A stretch of 64,000 nucleotides of DNA from Pseudomonadota bacterium (GTDB lineage: Bacteria; Pseudomonadota; Gammaproteobacteria; Burkholderiales; SG8-39): assembly GCA_026399375.1 (NCBI GenBank), contig JAPLRD010000028.1, positions 1,676 to 65,675 on the forward strand, in the 5' to 3' direction. Under the pieces are notes generated by a model that saw only the letters and a list, made by a program, of their open reading frames with translations, made no database searches and was not told where the DNA came from. Position numbers and translations under genes: made by a program. Below, in pieces: positions 9,401 through 19,972 of this stretch; within the stretch, counting starts at the first letter, position 1, and every line of letters starts with the position of its first letter.

Positions 9401-9531
9401 CGCTGGCCGTGGTCGTCATCGGCGGCTTGATCTCCGCCACGCTGCTGACTTTGCTCGTGCTGCCGACGCTGTATCTCGTGTTCCACCACGAACGCGCACC
9501 CAAGGAAAAGCGGCACCGGCACGAACAATAG
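6445..9531 (+). CDS. czcA: Heavy-metal efflux RND pump, CzcA/CusA (HME) family
   Basis: 1028 aa with 12-TM RND architecture. The N-terminus MIKRVVSFALHQPLFV and the TM4 motif GAMDFGIIVDGAVIVVEN are diagnostic of divalent-cation HME-RND pumps. Confidence 0.9.
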   Translation: MIKRVVSFALHQPLFVVLGMILFIGGGIAAFKSLPVEAFPDVTDTQVTVITLYPGRAAEETEKQVTIPLEVVLAGLPNAVRMFSHTQFGLSFIILTFDDRANGYFARTQVTERLREAQLPAGVTPQLAPMSTPIGEVYRYRIKAEAYDSRELRTLQDWVVMRQLKLVPGVAEVVTLGGLIKQYEVNPDLAKLRDYKVTLQQVFTALERGNANAGGSYLEQGRQQYLIRGIGLLRSADDIGNIVVAERNGVPVLVKHIAEVNVGSVPRQGIVGQDNDDDVVTGIVLMRKGENPSQVLAGVKQKIDMINTAMLPKGVEVVAFYDRTWLIDRTLKTVFTNLTEGALLVTLVLVLFLGNVRAAAIVAVVIPLSLLATFIGLTFVGIPANLLSLGAMDFGIIVDGAVIVVENVFRKLSETVQDRTPRLQKILDAAVEVGRPTLFSMLIIIAAHIPIFTLQRHEGRIFAPMAWSVTSALVGSLILSLTLVPLLCYVLLRKNLPEKENWLVHWCKSAYKPVLEWAIGHRALVIGSALVALAASLAVVPRLGTEFLPELNEGTIWINVPLPSSVSVSEAQADNARFRAAIAKTPEVKGVMSKAGRPEDGTDPKLVNMAEFLVDLKPESEWRAGLSRFDLMDEMERSLLAYPGIEPSFSMPIRDNVLESISQIDGQIVIKVFGPDLDVLREESRKILSTVRHVGGVKRAFIDRLGELPQFLIDIDREAAARYGLNVADIQDVIETALGGQAATQLWEGERRFPVAVRLKEPERSIERMRAILVSAPSGQYVPLAQVARFKTVSGAQNISRENSQRVQSIGIFIRDRDMGSVVADMKERVAKLEALPPGYTITWSGEFENQERAMARLAIIVPISVLLIFILLFDAFGSFKSAALIVLNIPFAMVGGIFALLFTGIHLSVSAAIGFIALFGQAVLNGVVMVAYFNQLRNAGATPREAVVEGSLVRLRTVLMTGLLAMLGLLPMALSQGIGAETQKPLAVVVIGGLISATLLTLLVLPTLYLVFHHERAPKEKRHRHEQ

Positions 9532-9654
9532 CCCCCGCGCCTCAATTCGCGGGGCGTACGGGTTTTCCCCATTCGGGTTTGCTCGCATTTGCGCCTGGCG
9601 CAGTGGCAACTATCATGGCGCGCCGCAACAGTTGACGTTTGCCGAGCGTGTTCC

Positions 9655-10797
9655 ATGAAAATTCTCCAGCTCACCGGCCTGCTTCTGGCAGCCGGCTCCT
9701 TCACCGCCGCAACCCTGGTCGCCGTGAAGTCCAGTCGCGCCGCCAGCGAGCCGTCGCCGGCCGCCGCGCCGCACGAGGCCGGCATCCTGCGCTACGCGAC
9801 GGACGCGCCTCAACTCGCCGCCCTGAAGATCAAGACCGCGGAAGAACTGCCCGTGCCGCTGGCCGAACCACTGAACGGGCGCATCACCTATAACGAGAAT
9901 TTCACCGCGCGCGTGTCCTCGCCCATCGCCGGGCGCATCGTGTCTCTCAGGCTGCAGCCGGGCGATGCGGTCAGGGCGGGTGATGCTCTGCTCGCGCTCG
10001 ACTCGCCGGAACTGGCGCAAGCGGTGGCCGATCAAAGCAAAGCCCAGGCGGACGAAACCCGCAAGCGGCTCGCCTTAGAGCGGGCGCAGAAACTGCACGA
10101 CGGCGAAGTGCTGCCGCGCAAGGACCTGGAATCAGCCGAGGCGGACCTGGCACAGGCGCGCGCCGAGGCCGAGCGCGCCCGCCTGCGCTTGCGCAATCTG
10201 GCGCCGGCCGGCGGCGCACGCGAGAACTACGTGCTGCACTCGCCCATCAGCGGCGTCGTCACTGAACGCAGAGCCAATCCGGGCCTGGAAGTGCGCCCGG
10301 ATCTGGCTGAACCGCTCTACGTCATCACCGATCCGGCACGTTTGTGGGTCATGATCGATCTGCCCGAACGCAACCTGTCCAAAGTCGAACCCGGCCACCC
10401 CGTTGCGGTGGAAGTCGACGCGTGGCCGGGCGAGCGCTTTCCCGGCACCATCGAAAAAGTGGGTGAGACAGTGGACGCTGCCACCCGGCGCATCCAGGTG
10501 CGCTGCAGCCTGCCCAATCCTGCGCGCAGGCTCAAGCCCGAAATGTACGCCCGCGTGACCCTGCTCGCCGACGAGCAGCAACGCGCGCTGCGCGTGCCCA
10601 ACGGGGCTCTCATCACCGAAGGGCTGTACAGCCATCTGTTCGTGGAGAGGAGCGCCGGCGTGTTCGAGAAACGCCGCGTTTCGCTGCGCCTGCAGGACCG
10701 GGATTTCAGTTACGTCGCCTCCGGCTTGAATCGTGGCGAGCGCGTCGTCGCCAGCGGTGCGCTGCTGTTGAATTCGGAGTTGGGCGACGCGAAATAG
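9655..10797 (+). CDS. czcB: RND periplasmic adaptor (CzcB/HlyD family), intact paralog
   Basis: Start chosen at the ATG giving signal peptide MKILQLTGLLLAAGSFTAATLVA (the ORF track starts at 9589). It has a lipoyl motif (SSPIAGRIVSLRLQPGDAVRAGDALLALDSPEL), a coiled-coil hairpin and beta-barrel regions. Confidence 0.85.
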   Translation: MKILQLTGLLLAAGSFTAATLVAVKSSRAASEPSPAAAPHEAGILRYATDAPQLAALKIKTAEELPVPLAEPLNGRITYNENFTARVSSPIAGRIVSLRLQPGDAVRAGDALLALDSPELAQAVADQSKAQADETRKRLALERAQKLHDGEVLPRKDLESAEADLAQARAEAERARLRLRNLAPAGGARENYVLHSPISGVVTERRANPGLEVRPDLAEPLYVITDPARLWVMIDLPERNLSKVEPGHPVAVEVDAWPGERFPGTIEKVGETVDAATRRIQVRCSLPNPARRLKPEMYARVTLLADEQQRALRVPNGALITEGLYSHLFVERSAGVFEKRRVSLRLQDRDFSYVASGLNRGERVVASGALLLNSELGDAK

Positions 10798-10816
10798 GAA
10801 GCGCATTACGCGCACT

Positions 10817-10857
10817 CCCCTCACCCTGGCCCTCTCCCCGCAAGCGGGGCGAGGGGA
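10817..10857. repeat. GC-rich REP-like hairpin (CCCTCTCCCCGC-AA-GCGGGGCGAGGGG)
   Basis: An imperfect stem-loop in the 102-bp adaptor-pump spacer. This is the common SPLPxAGRGEG-type palindromic unit. Confidence 0.4.
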
Positions 10858-10899
10858 AGAAACCCATCCCTGAACCCGTCGCGCATCACCTCTATCCAC

Positions 10900-13800
10900 A
10901 TGATCGACCGCCTCGTCACCTTTGCCCTGCGCCAGCGCGTCTTTGTCCTGATTGCGACGGCGGCGCTGGCCACCTTCGGCTGGAAGGCGCTCGCCAACCT
11001 GCCGATCGAAGCTTTCCCCGACGTGCAGGACACTCAGGTGCAGGTGGTGACGCAGTATCCAGGCCAGGCGCCGGAAGAAGTCGAGCGTTCGGTGACCCTG
11101 CCGATCGAGCGCGAAATGGCGGGCGTGCCGCGCATGACCCAGCTGCGTTCGGTTTCGATCACCGGACTGTCGGTGGTGACGCTCACCTTCTCGGACAATA
11201 CCGACGACTACTTCGTGCGCCAGCAGGTGCTGGAAAAGCTGCAGAACGTGACCCTGCCGGCGAGCGTGCAGCCGCAGCTGGCGCCGCTGTCGACCGCCGT
11301 GGGCGAAATCTACCGCTACATGATAGAACCGCCGGAGGACATGCCGGACTACGAAGTGCGCGCGCTGCAGGACTGGGTGATCCGGCCGGCGCTGCGCATC
11401 GTGCCCGGCATTGCCGACGTGGTCAGCTTCGGCGGCTCGATCAAGGAATACCAGGTCCGCCTCAATCCCTACGCGCTGAAAAAATTCGGCGTCACCATCG
11501 ACCAGGCGAGCGCCGCGCTTTCGTCCAACAGCGCCAATTCCGGCGGCGGCCTGCTGCGCCGCGGCGAGGAGACGCTGGTAATCCGCGGCATCGGCCTGTT
11601 CCGGAGCGTTGACGACATCGGCCAGGTCATCGTCGCCTCGCGCAACGGCCGGACCATCCTGGTAAGCGATCTCGCCGAAAGCGTCGCCGTCGGGCGCCGG
11701 CCGCTGTCGGGCGTGGTCGGCTTCAACGAGCGCGACAGCATCGTAGAGGGCATCGTGCTCATGACCAAGGGCCAGAACGCGGCCAAGGTGGTGGAGGAAC
11801 TCGAAGCGCGCGTGCTGGAAGTGCAGGCGAAACTGCCCAAGGGGGTGCGCCTCGTGCCCTTTTACAAGCGTACCGACTTGATCCACCACACCGTGCATAC
11901 GGTGGTGGAGAACCTGGTTCTGGGCGCGCTGCTGGTGATCGCCATTCTGATCGTGTTCCTGCGCAACTGGCGCGCGGCGCTGATCGTCGCCTCTGTCATA
12001 CCGCTGTCCTTGCTCGCCGCGTTCATCATGATGGATGCGCGCGGGGTATCGGCCAATCTGATATCGCTGGGCGCAGTGGATTTCGGCATCATCATCGACA
12101 GCGCCGTGGTGCTGGTCGAAGCACTGATGGTGCGCCTCGCCGTGGCCCAGACCGAACACAATCCGGTGCACGCCGGCTATGGCTGGCGCATGCAGGCCCT
12201 GAAGCACACCGTGGTCGACCTCGGCCACCCCATCCTGTTTTCCAAGGCCATCATCATTACGGCGTTCCTGCCGATTTTCACGTTTCAGCGCGTCGAAGGG
12301 AAGATCTTCTCACCGGTCGCGTTCACGCTGTCGTTCGCGCTGCTCGGGGCCATCGTACTCACCATGACGTTGGTGCCGACGCTGCTGTCCTACACCATGA
12401 AGCGTGAAGACATGGCCGAAGCGCACAGCGAATGGATGCACCGCCTGCAGCAGCGCTACCGCAGGCTGCTCGCCTGGGGCGGCAATCGCAGCGCGCTGAT
12501 CTTCGGCCTGTCGACGACTGCGCTTGTCGCATCGCTCGCGCTGGCGCCGTTCCTTGGCAGCGAATTTCTGCCGAAGCTGGACGAAGGCAACATCTGGCTC
12601 ACCATCACGCTGCCGCCATCGGCCTCGCTGGACCGCACCAAGGACATCGAGCGCCAGGCGCGCGCCATCCTGCGCGCCTACCCCGAAGTGAACAATATCG
12701 TCACCCAGGTCGGACGCCCCGACGATGGCACCGACCCCAAGGGCACCAACAACCTGGAGATCCTGGCCGATCTGAAGCCGCGCGGCACCTGGCGCTTTTC
12801 CAGCAAGGAAGACCTCGTCGCCGACATGTCGAAGAAGATTCACGTGCTTCCGGGGGTGCCCACCAACTTTTCCCAGGTGATCCAGGACAACGTTGAGGAG
12901 TCGCTCTCGGGCACCAAAGGCGAGATCAACGTCAAAGTGTTCGGCCCGGACCTCGAAATTCTCGAAACCAAAGCGCGACAGATCGCAACGATACTCTCCT
13001 CGATCCGCGGTTCGGCCGACGTTGCCGCCGTGCCCATCGGCGGCCAAACCGAGCTCGACATCAGCGTCGACCGCGCACGCATCGCCCGCTACGGTGTCAG
13101 CGTCGCCGACGTCAACAGCGTGATCCAGACCGCACTCGCGGGCAGCGCAGTCAACGCCTTCTACGAGGGCGACCGGCGCTTCGACGTGACATTGCGCATG
13201 GCAGACAACTATCGCGACGCGGTCGACGACATCGCGCATCTGCAGGTGAGCCTGCCCGGCGGCGCCGGTACCGTGGCCTTGGGCGACCTGGCGACGGTGG
13301 AGGTGCGCCAGGGCGCCTCACGCATCAGCCGCCAGGGCGGCGGGCGCATCGCCCTGATCAAGAGCAACCTGCGCGGCCGCGACATGGGGAGTTTCATCGA
13401 AGAGGCGCAGAAGCAGGTGCGCCAGCAGGTGCACCTGCCGCCGGGCTACAACCTTACCTGGGGCGGGCAGTTCGAGAACCAGCAGCGCGCCAACCAACGC
13501 TTGATGGTAATCGTGCCATTGTGCGTACTGCTGATTTTTTCGCTGTTGTTCTGGGCATTCCGCTCGGTGAGAAAAGCCCTGCTGGTGCTTGCCATGGTGC
13601 CTTTCACCCTGATCGGCGGCATCGCCGGCCTAGCGCTGGCCGGCCTGCACCTGTCGGTCTCCGCGGCGGTCGGATTCATCGCCGTCGCCGGCATTTCGGT
13701 GCAGAACGGGGTCATCATGGTGGAGCAGATTGTCGAATACCTGGAGCGCGGCGCATCCTTCGCCGACGCGGTCGCGAACGGCGCGGTGATGCGACTGCGG

Positions 13801-13998
13801 CCCATCCTGATGACCGCGCTGATGGCGGGGTTGGGCCTCTTGCCCGCGGCGCTGTCGCACGGCATCGGTTCGGAGACCCAGCGCCCGTTCGCGATCGTGA
13901 TCGTCGGCGGCATCGTCTCGGCCACCTTGTTCACGCTGCTGTTGCTGCCGCTGCTGTTTTCGCGCTTTGCGGGAGAGGGCGAAGCCCCGTCGGTGTAA
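10900..13998 (+). CDS. czcA: Heavy-metal efflux RND pump, CzcA family, second paralog
   Basis: 1032 aa. The N-terminus is MIDRLVTFALRQRVFV, the TM4 motif is GAVDFGIIIDSAVVLVE, and the protein is collinear with the first pump. Confidence 0.9.
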   Translation: MIDRLVTFALRQRVFVLIATAALATFGWKALANLPIEAFPDVQDTQVQVVTQYPGQAPEEVERSVTLPIEREMAGVPRMTQLRSVSITGLSVVTLTFSDNTDDYFVRQQVLEKLQNVTLPASVQPQLAPLSTAVGEIYRYMIEPPEDMPDYEVRALQDWVIRPALRIVPGIADVVSFGGSIKEYQVRLNPYALKKFGVTIDQASAALSSNSANSGGGLLRRGEETLVIRGIGLFRSVDDIGQVIVASRNGRTILVSDLAESVAVGRRPLSGVVGFNERDSIVEGIVLMTKGQNAAKVVEELEARVLEVQAKLPKGVRLVPFYKRTDLIHHTVHTVVENLVLGALLVIAILIVFLRNWRAALIVASVIPLSLLAAFIMMDARGVSANLISLGAVDFGIIIDSAVVLVEALMVRLAVAQTEHNPVHAGYGWRMQALKHTVVDLGHPILFSKAIIITAFLPIFTFQRVEGKIFSPVAFTLSFALLGAIVLTMTLVPTLLSYTMKREDMAEAHSEWMHRLQQRYRRLLAWGGNRSALIFGLSTTALVASLALAPFLGSEFLPKLDEGNIWLTITLPPSASLDRTKDIERQARAILRAYPEVNNIVTQVGRPDDGTDPKGTNNLEILADLKPRGTWRFSSKEDLVADMSKKIHVLPGVPTNFSQVIQDNVEESLSGTKGEINVKVFGPDLEILETKARQIATILSSIRGSADVAAVPIGGQTELDISVDRARIARYGVSVADVNSVIQTALAGSAVNAFYEGDRRFDVTLRMADNYRDAVDDIAHLQVSLPGGAGTVALGDLATVEVRQGASRISRQGGGRIALIKSNLRGRDMGSFIEEAQKQVRQQVHLPPGYNLTWGGQFENQQRANQRLMVIVPLCVLLIFSLLFWAFRSVRKALLVLAMVPFTLIGGIAGLALAGLHLSVSAAVGFIAVAGISVQNGVIMVEQIVEYLERGASFADAVANGAVMRLRPILMTALMAGLGLLPAALSHGIGSETQRPFAIVIVGGIVSATLFTLLLLPLLFSRFAGEGEAPSV

Positions 13999-14025
13999 TG
14001 GGCGCATTCTGCGCCGCCACCAGAC

Positions 14026-15997
<1,972 letters not shown>

Positions 15998-16017
15998 TCA
16001 CTCCTTGAAAAATCCGC

Positions 16018-16048
16018 CGGCGCGCCTGGGCGTGCCGGGCTTTCGTAC
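16018..16048 (-). terminator. Candidate intrinsic terminator forming the expression platform of the thiC riboswitch
   Basis: On the minus strand the hairpin reads CCGGCACGC-CCAG-GCGCGCCGG, then CGG, then ATTTTT. It sits immediately upstream of the AAGGAG RBS and the thiC ATG. Confidence 0.5.
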
Positions 16049-16084
16049 TGGCAATTGGGCCGAAGGGGGGCGGAGACAGGAGGA

Positions 16085-16165
16085 AAACTGTTCACGCTTC
16101 CCTGCGGCGGCATTATCCGCATCAGGTTCAAAGGGACTCTCTCACCCGCGCCGCGTCTTTCCGAC
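16085..16165 (-). promoter_or_regulatory. TPP (THI-box) riboswitch in the thiC leader
   Basis: The minus strand reads GCGGGTGAGAGAGTCCCTTTGAACCTGATGCGGATAATGCCGCCGCAGGGAAGCGT. This contains the conserved (C)TGAGA and ACCTGAT..GGATAATGCC..GGGAA cores of the THI element. Confidence 0.85.
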
Positions 16166-16295
16166 TCTGCTCGCAGGACCCCTAACGTCAGGCGGACAAG
16201 GTACCGCAATCGCTGAGGCTTTGCAATCCGCTTCCGCGACGCGCGCGAGGCCGTACCTTTCCCGCCGACAGCCTGCCGGGGGACGAATCCCGCTA

Positions 16296-16311
16296 TGTGA
16301 CAAGGGTCACA
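16296..16311. promoter_or_regulatory. Perfect CRP-family consensus site TGTGA-N6-TCACA
   Basis: The sequence is TGTGACAAGGGTCACA. Its centre is about 41.5 bp upstream of the TSS predicted from the extended -10 at 16330-16338. Confidence 0.45.
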
Positions 16312-16329
16312 AGGACCCCGAGCAAACAA

Positions 16330-16338
16330 TGCTAAAAT
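16330..16338 (+). promoter_or_regulatory. Extended -10 promoter element TGcTAAAAT for the pcm-like, rhodanese and tolC operon
   Basis: The motif TGCTAAAAT was read directly. It lies 57 nt upstream of the chosen start at 16395. Confidence 0.4.
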
Positions 16339-16394
16339 CTGCTTCGTTCTTTCCGATAGACATTCCCCTCAATCAATCCGCGAGCCTATCCGCC

Positions 16395-17048
16395 ATGAAC
16401 ATCGAACAAGCCCGTTTCAACATGGTCGAAAACCAGATCCGTCCCTGGGAGGTGCTGGACCAGCAGGTGCTGGATCTGCTCTACGTGGTCAAGCGCGAAG
16501 ATTTCGTACCGGCAGCGTACCGCTCGCTCGCCTTCTCCGATCTGGAAATTCCCATCGGCCAGGGCGAGCACATGTGGGCACCGAAAATCGAAGCGCGCGC
16601 GCTGCAGGAACTGGCGGTCAAACCTACCGATCAGGTGCTGGAGATCGGCACCGGGACCGGCTATTTCGCCGCCCTGCTCGCCCATCGCGCCCAGCACGTC
16701 TACACCGTCGAGATCAACCCCGAACTGAAAGCGTCGGCCGAGGCCAACTTGCGCCGCGCCGGCGTCGCCAATGTCACCGTGGAACTGGGCGACGGCGCGA
16801 ACGGCTGGTCCAAACACTCGCCTTGCGATGTCATCGTGCTCAGCGGCTCGACGCCGGTACTGCCGCCGCAGTTCCTGCAGCAGATGAAGGCCGGCTCGCG
16901 CCTGTTCGCGGTCGTAGGCACCCTGCCGGTCATGACGGCCCGGCTGGTGACATGCACCAGCGACGGCGTTTTCGACTCCGTCGAGCTGTTCGAAACCAGT
17001 ATCGCGCCTCTCGTGAACGCGCCCTCAGGTGAAACCTTCAACTTTTGA
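16395..17048 (+). CDS. Protein-L-isoaspartate O-methyltransferase-like SAM methyltransferase
   Basis: Start chosen at MNIEQARFNMVENQIRPWEVLD. The ORF track extends to 15849 across the thiC leader, which is implausible. The SAM motif is VLEIGTGTGYFAALLA. Confidence 0.85.
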   Translation: MNIEQARFNMVENQIRPWEVLDQQVLDLLYVVKREDFVPAAYRSLAFSDLEIPIGQGEHMWAPKIEARALQELAVKPTDQVLEIGTGTGYFAALLAHRAQHVYTVEINPELKASAEANLRRAGVANVTVELGDGANGWSKHSPCDVIVLSGSTPVLPPQFLQQMKAGSRLFAVVGTLPVMTARLVTCTSDGVFDSVELFETSIAPLVNAPSGETFNF

Positions 17049-17053
17049 CCATC

Positions 17054-17377
17054 ATGACCGACCTTACGCCGCCGATGCTGCAGCAATGGCTCGCCGACAA
17101 CGGACGCAAACCGCCGTTCCTGCTGGATGTGCGCGAGCCCTGGGAGTACCAGACCTGCCACATCGAGGGCTCGACGCTGCTTCCGATGAATGCCATCCCG
17201 GCGCGGGCGCAGGAACTGGACCCGGAAACCGAAACCGTCGTGATCTGCCATCACGGAGCGCGCAGCTTCCAGGTCGCGATGTTTCTGGAGCGCAGCGGCT
17301 TTTCCAAGCTCTATAACTTGCAGGGCGGCGTGAATGCCTGGGCTGACCAGGTCGATCCCGGCATGCCCAGATACTGA
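17054..17377 (+). CDS. Rhodanese-domain sulfurtransferase (GlpE-like)
   Basis: The active-site loop is VVICHHGARS, with the DVREPWEY motif upstream. The start is ATG 17054; an alternative TTG at 17045 overlaps the upstream stop. Confidence 0.85.
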   Translation: MTDLTPPMLQQWLADNGRKPPFLLDVREPWEYQTCHIEGSTLLPMNAIPARAQELDPETETVVICHHGARSFQVAMFLERSGFSKLYNLQGGVNAWADQVDPGMPRY

Positions 17378-17383
17378 CCCCAG

Positions 17384-18709
17384 ATGAAACGACACGCGAT
17401 TTTTCTAGGCCTTCTCGCTTTCAGCCAGCCTCTGCTCGCCGCGGACCTGCTGCAAACCTATCGCGACGCGCGCAGCAATGACGCCGTGTATGCATCGGCG
17501 CGCGCTGCGCTGGAGGCTGGAAAAGAGAAGCTTCCCCAGGGGCTGTCGCTGCTGCTGCCGACAGTGAACGGAACGGCAAACACTACCTACAACGACAACC
17601 AGATACTGTTCCGCAACGCCACCCCCGGCCCGTTCGTGCGCAAGTTCAACAGCAACGGCTGGACCGTGACGCTGAGCCAGCCCTTGGTGCGCATGCAGAA
17701 CTGGGAGCAGTACAAGCAGGCGGAATTCCAGGTTGCCCAGGCCGAAGCGAGCTTCGGCCAGACCAGCCAGGACCTGATCGTGCGCGTGGCGCAGTCGTAT
17801 TTCGACGTGCTCGCCTCGCAGGACTCGCTGGCATTCATCCAGGCGCAAAAGAGCGCCATCTCCGAGCAGCTGGCGCAGGCCAAGCGCAATTTCGAGGTCG
17901 GCACGGCTACCATCACCGACACGCATGAAGCGCAAGCGCGCTTCGACCTCGCTACCAGCCAGGAAATCGCCGCGCAGAACGATCTTGAACTCAAGAAGCG
18001 CGTAGTGCAGCAGTTGATCGGCAAGTTTCCAGAAGCATTTGCCCCGCTCAAGACCAGTGCCCAGCTGAATCCGCCGCAGCCCAATGCGATGGAACCCTGG
18101 GTGGAGAGTGCGGAGAGGCAGAATTTCACCGTGCGCATCCAGGAAGCGGGATTTGAAATCGCGTCACGAGAAGTGCGGCGCAACCGCGCCGGCCATCTGC
18201 CGACACTCGATCTGGTGGGAAGCTACGGCGAAACCGGTGCCTCGAGCAACATCCTGAACGGCACCGGCAGCGATACCCGCGGTGCCACCGTGGGCCTGCA
18301 GCTGACCGTGCCGCTTTACGCCGGCGGCGGGACAACATCCCGGGTGCGCGAGTCCGTTGCACTGCTGGAGAAGTCGCGCCAGGACCTGGAAAATGCCCGC
18401 CGCAGCGCCGCCCTGTCGTCGCGCCAGTCCTATCTGGGCGTCACCAACGGCATGGCACAGGTGCGCGCCCTGGAACAAGCCCTTATTTCCAGCCAGAGCG
18501 CGCTAGACTCGAACAAGCTAGGCTACGAAGTGGGCGTGCGCATCAACATCGACGTGCTGAACGCGCAGCAGCAGTTATTTTCCACCAAGCGCGATCTGTC
18601 ACGGGCACGTTACGACACGCTGCTGAACGGTCTCAAACTCAAGGCCGCGTCGGGCACCCTCAGCGAAGAGGACCTGGCAGCAGTCAACAATATGCTCGGA
18701 ACCGAGTAG
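17384..18709 (+). CDS. tolC: Outer-membrane channel TolC
   Basis: 441 aa with signal peptide MKRHAIFLGLLAFSQPLLA. It starts ADLLQTYRDA and shows the internal two-fold repeat of TolC-family type I secretion OMPs. Confidence 0.9.
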   Translation: MKRHAIFLGLLAFSQPLLAADLLQTYRDARSNDAVYASARAALEAGKEKLPQGLSLLLPTVNGTANTTYNDNQILFRNATPGPFVRKFNSNGWTVTLSQPLVRMQNWEQYKQAEFQVAQAEASFGQTSQDLIVRVAQSYFDVLASQDSLAFIQAQKSAISEQLAQAKRNFEVGTATITDTHEAQARFDLATSQEIAAQNDLELKKRVVQQLIGKFPEAFAPLKTSAQLNPPQPNAMEPWVESAERQNFTVRIQEAGFEIASREVRRNRAGHLPTLDLVGSYGETGASSNILNGTGSDTRGATVGLQLTVPLYAGGGTTSRVRESVALLEKSRQDLENARRSAALSSRQSYLGVTNGMAQVRALEQALISSQSALDSNKLGYEVGVRINIDVLNAQQQLFSTKRDLSRARYDTLLNGLKLKAASGTLSEEDLAAVNNMLGTE

Positions 18710-18712
18710 CGC

Positions 18713-19972
18713 TCAAGGCGGCGGCAGCAGCCGCTCGCAGATTTCCAGATTGCGCGCCGTCGCGCCCTGATGTGCGCGGCTGAACACCAGCGCCGCCTGC
18801 GACATTCGCGCGAGGGCCGCCGGGTCCGCCAGCAACTCCCCCGCCCTCTCCGCCAGCATGGCCGCGTCGGCGATCTGGATCGCCGCCCCCGCTTCAACCG
18901 CCAGGCGCGAAGCTTCGGCGAAGTTGTACATGTGGCGGCCGAACAACAATGGGCGTCCCACTGCGCAGGCCTCGATCAGGTTCTGCCCGCCGTAAGGCAG
19001 CAGGCTGCCGCCGATAAAGGCGAGATCGCAGGCGGCGTAGTAGGCCGGCATTTCGCCCATGCTGTCGCCGAGCAGCACCTGGCAATCGGGCGGCAGCGCG
19101 CCCGGGTCGCTGCGGCGCGCATAGCTCAGATTGCGCCGGGCCAGGAGAGCGGCCACCTCGTCGAACCGCTGCGGATGGCGCGGCACCAGCACGAGCAGCA
19201 GATCTTTTGTCCGAATCTGCGGCAGCGCGTCCAGCACGAGTTCTTCCTCGCCCTCGCGTGTGCTCGCCGCCAGAAACACCGGGCGCTGACCGATCCGCTG
19301 CTTGAACACTGTGCCCAGAGCGAGCATTTCGGGCGCCAGGGCGACATCGAACTTCAGATTGCCGGTCACCTCTACATCGCGCGCACCCAGGTGCACGAGC
19401 CGTTCGGCGTCCTCGCGCGTCTGCGCACTGACCGCGGTCAGGGCAGCGAGCGCGGCGCGGGTGAGCGGCGCCACCAGATCGTAGCCGCGCGCCGACTTTT
19501 CCGACAGGCGGGCGTTGGCGAGGAGCAGCGGAATCCCTGAACGCCTGCAGGCAGTAACCATGTTGAACCAGATCTCGGTTTCCATGAGTATGCCCAGGCT
19601 CGGCATGAAATGCGCCAGAAACCGCGCCACCGCGTCAGGGTAGTCATAGGGCAGATAGACGATGGTAGCCGAGCCGCCGAAGAGTTGTTGCGCCGCCTCC
19701 CGCCCGGTGGGCGTCATCTGCGTCAGCAGCAGTTCATACCCGGGGTAGCGCGCCGCGAGCGAGCGCACCAGCGGCTCGGCCGCCCGCGTCTCGCCCACGG
19801 ATACCGCGTGCAGCCATATCACCGGATGCGCCGGCTTCGACCGGTACCAGCCGAAGCGCTCGCCGATGTGTTCGCGATAAGCGGGTTGGCGCCGGCCGCG
19901 CCACCACAGGTGCATGAACACCCAGGGAAGGAGCAGCCACAGCAACAGGCGATAAGCCAGGCGCCAGGTCAT
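18713..19972 (-). CDS. waaA: 3-deoxy-D-manno-octulosonic acid (Kdo) transferase WaaA/KdtA
   Basis: 419 aa. The motif IWLHAVSVGETRAAEPLV and overall collinearity match KdtA. Confidence 0.93.
   Translation of the reverse strand: MTWRLAYRLLLWLLLPWVFMHLWWRGRRQPAYREHIGERFGWYRSKPAHPVIWLHAVSVGETRAAEPLVRSLAARYPGYELLLTQMTPTGREAAQQLFGGSATIVYLPYDYPDAVARFLAHFMPSLGILMETEIWFNMVTACRRSGIPLLLANARLSEKSARGYDLVAPLTRAALAALTAVSAQTREDAERLVHLGARDVEVTGNLKFDVALAPEMLALGTVFKQRIGQRPVFLAASTREGEEELVLDALPQIRTKDLLLVLVPRHPQRFDEVAALLARRNLSYARRSDPGALPPDCQVLLGDSMGEMPAYYAACDLAFIGGSLLPYGGQNLIEACAVGRPLLFGRHMYNFAEASRLAVEAGAAIQIADAAMLAERAGELLADPAALARMSQAALVFSRAHQGATARNLEICERLLPPP

Noticed and set aside
9532-9554. The hairpin CCCCGCG-N8-CGCGGGG just after the czcA1 stop, considered as a terminator separating the two czc modules.
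   Set aside because: The stem is only 7 bp. The T-run (GTTTTCC) is short and displaced by 8 nt, so this is not a convincing intrinsic terminator. It may still be an mRNA structure, but I cannot support a call.
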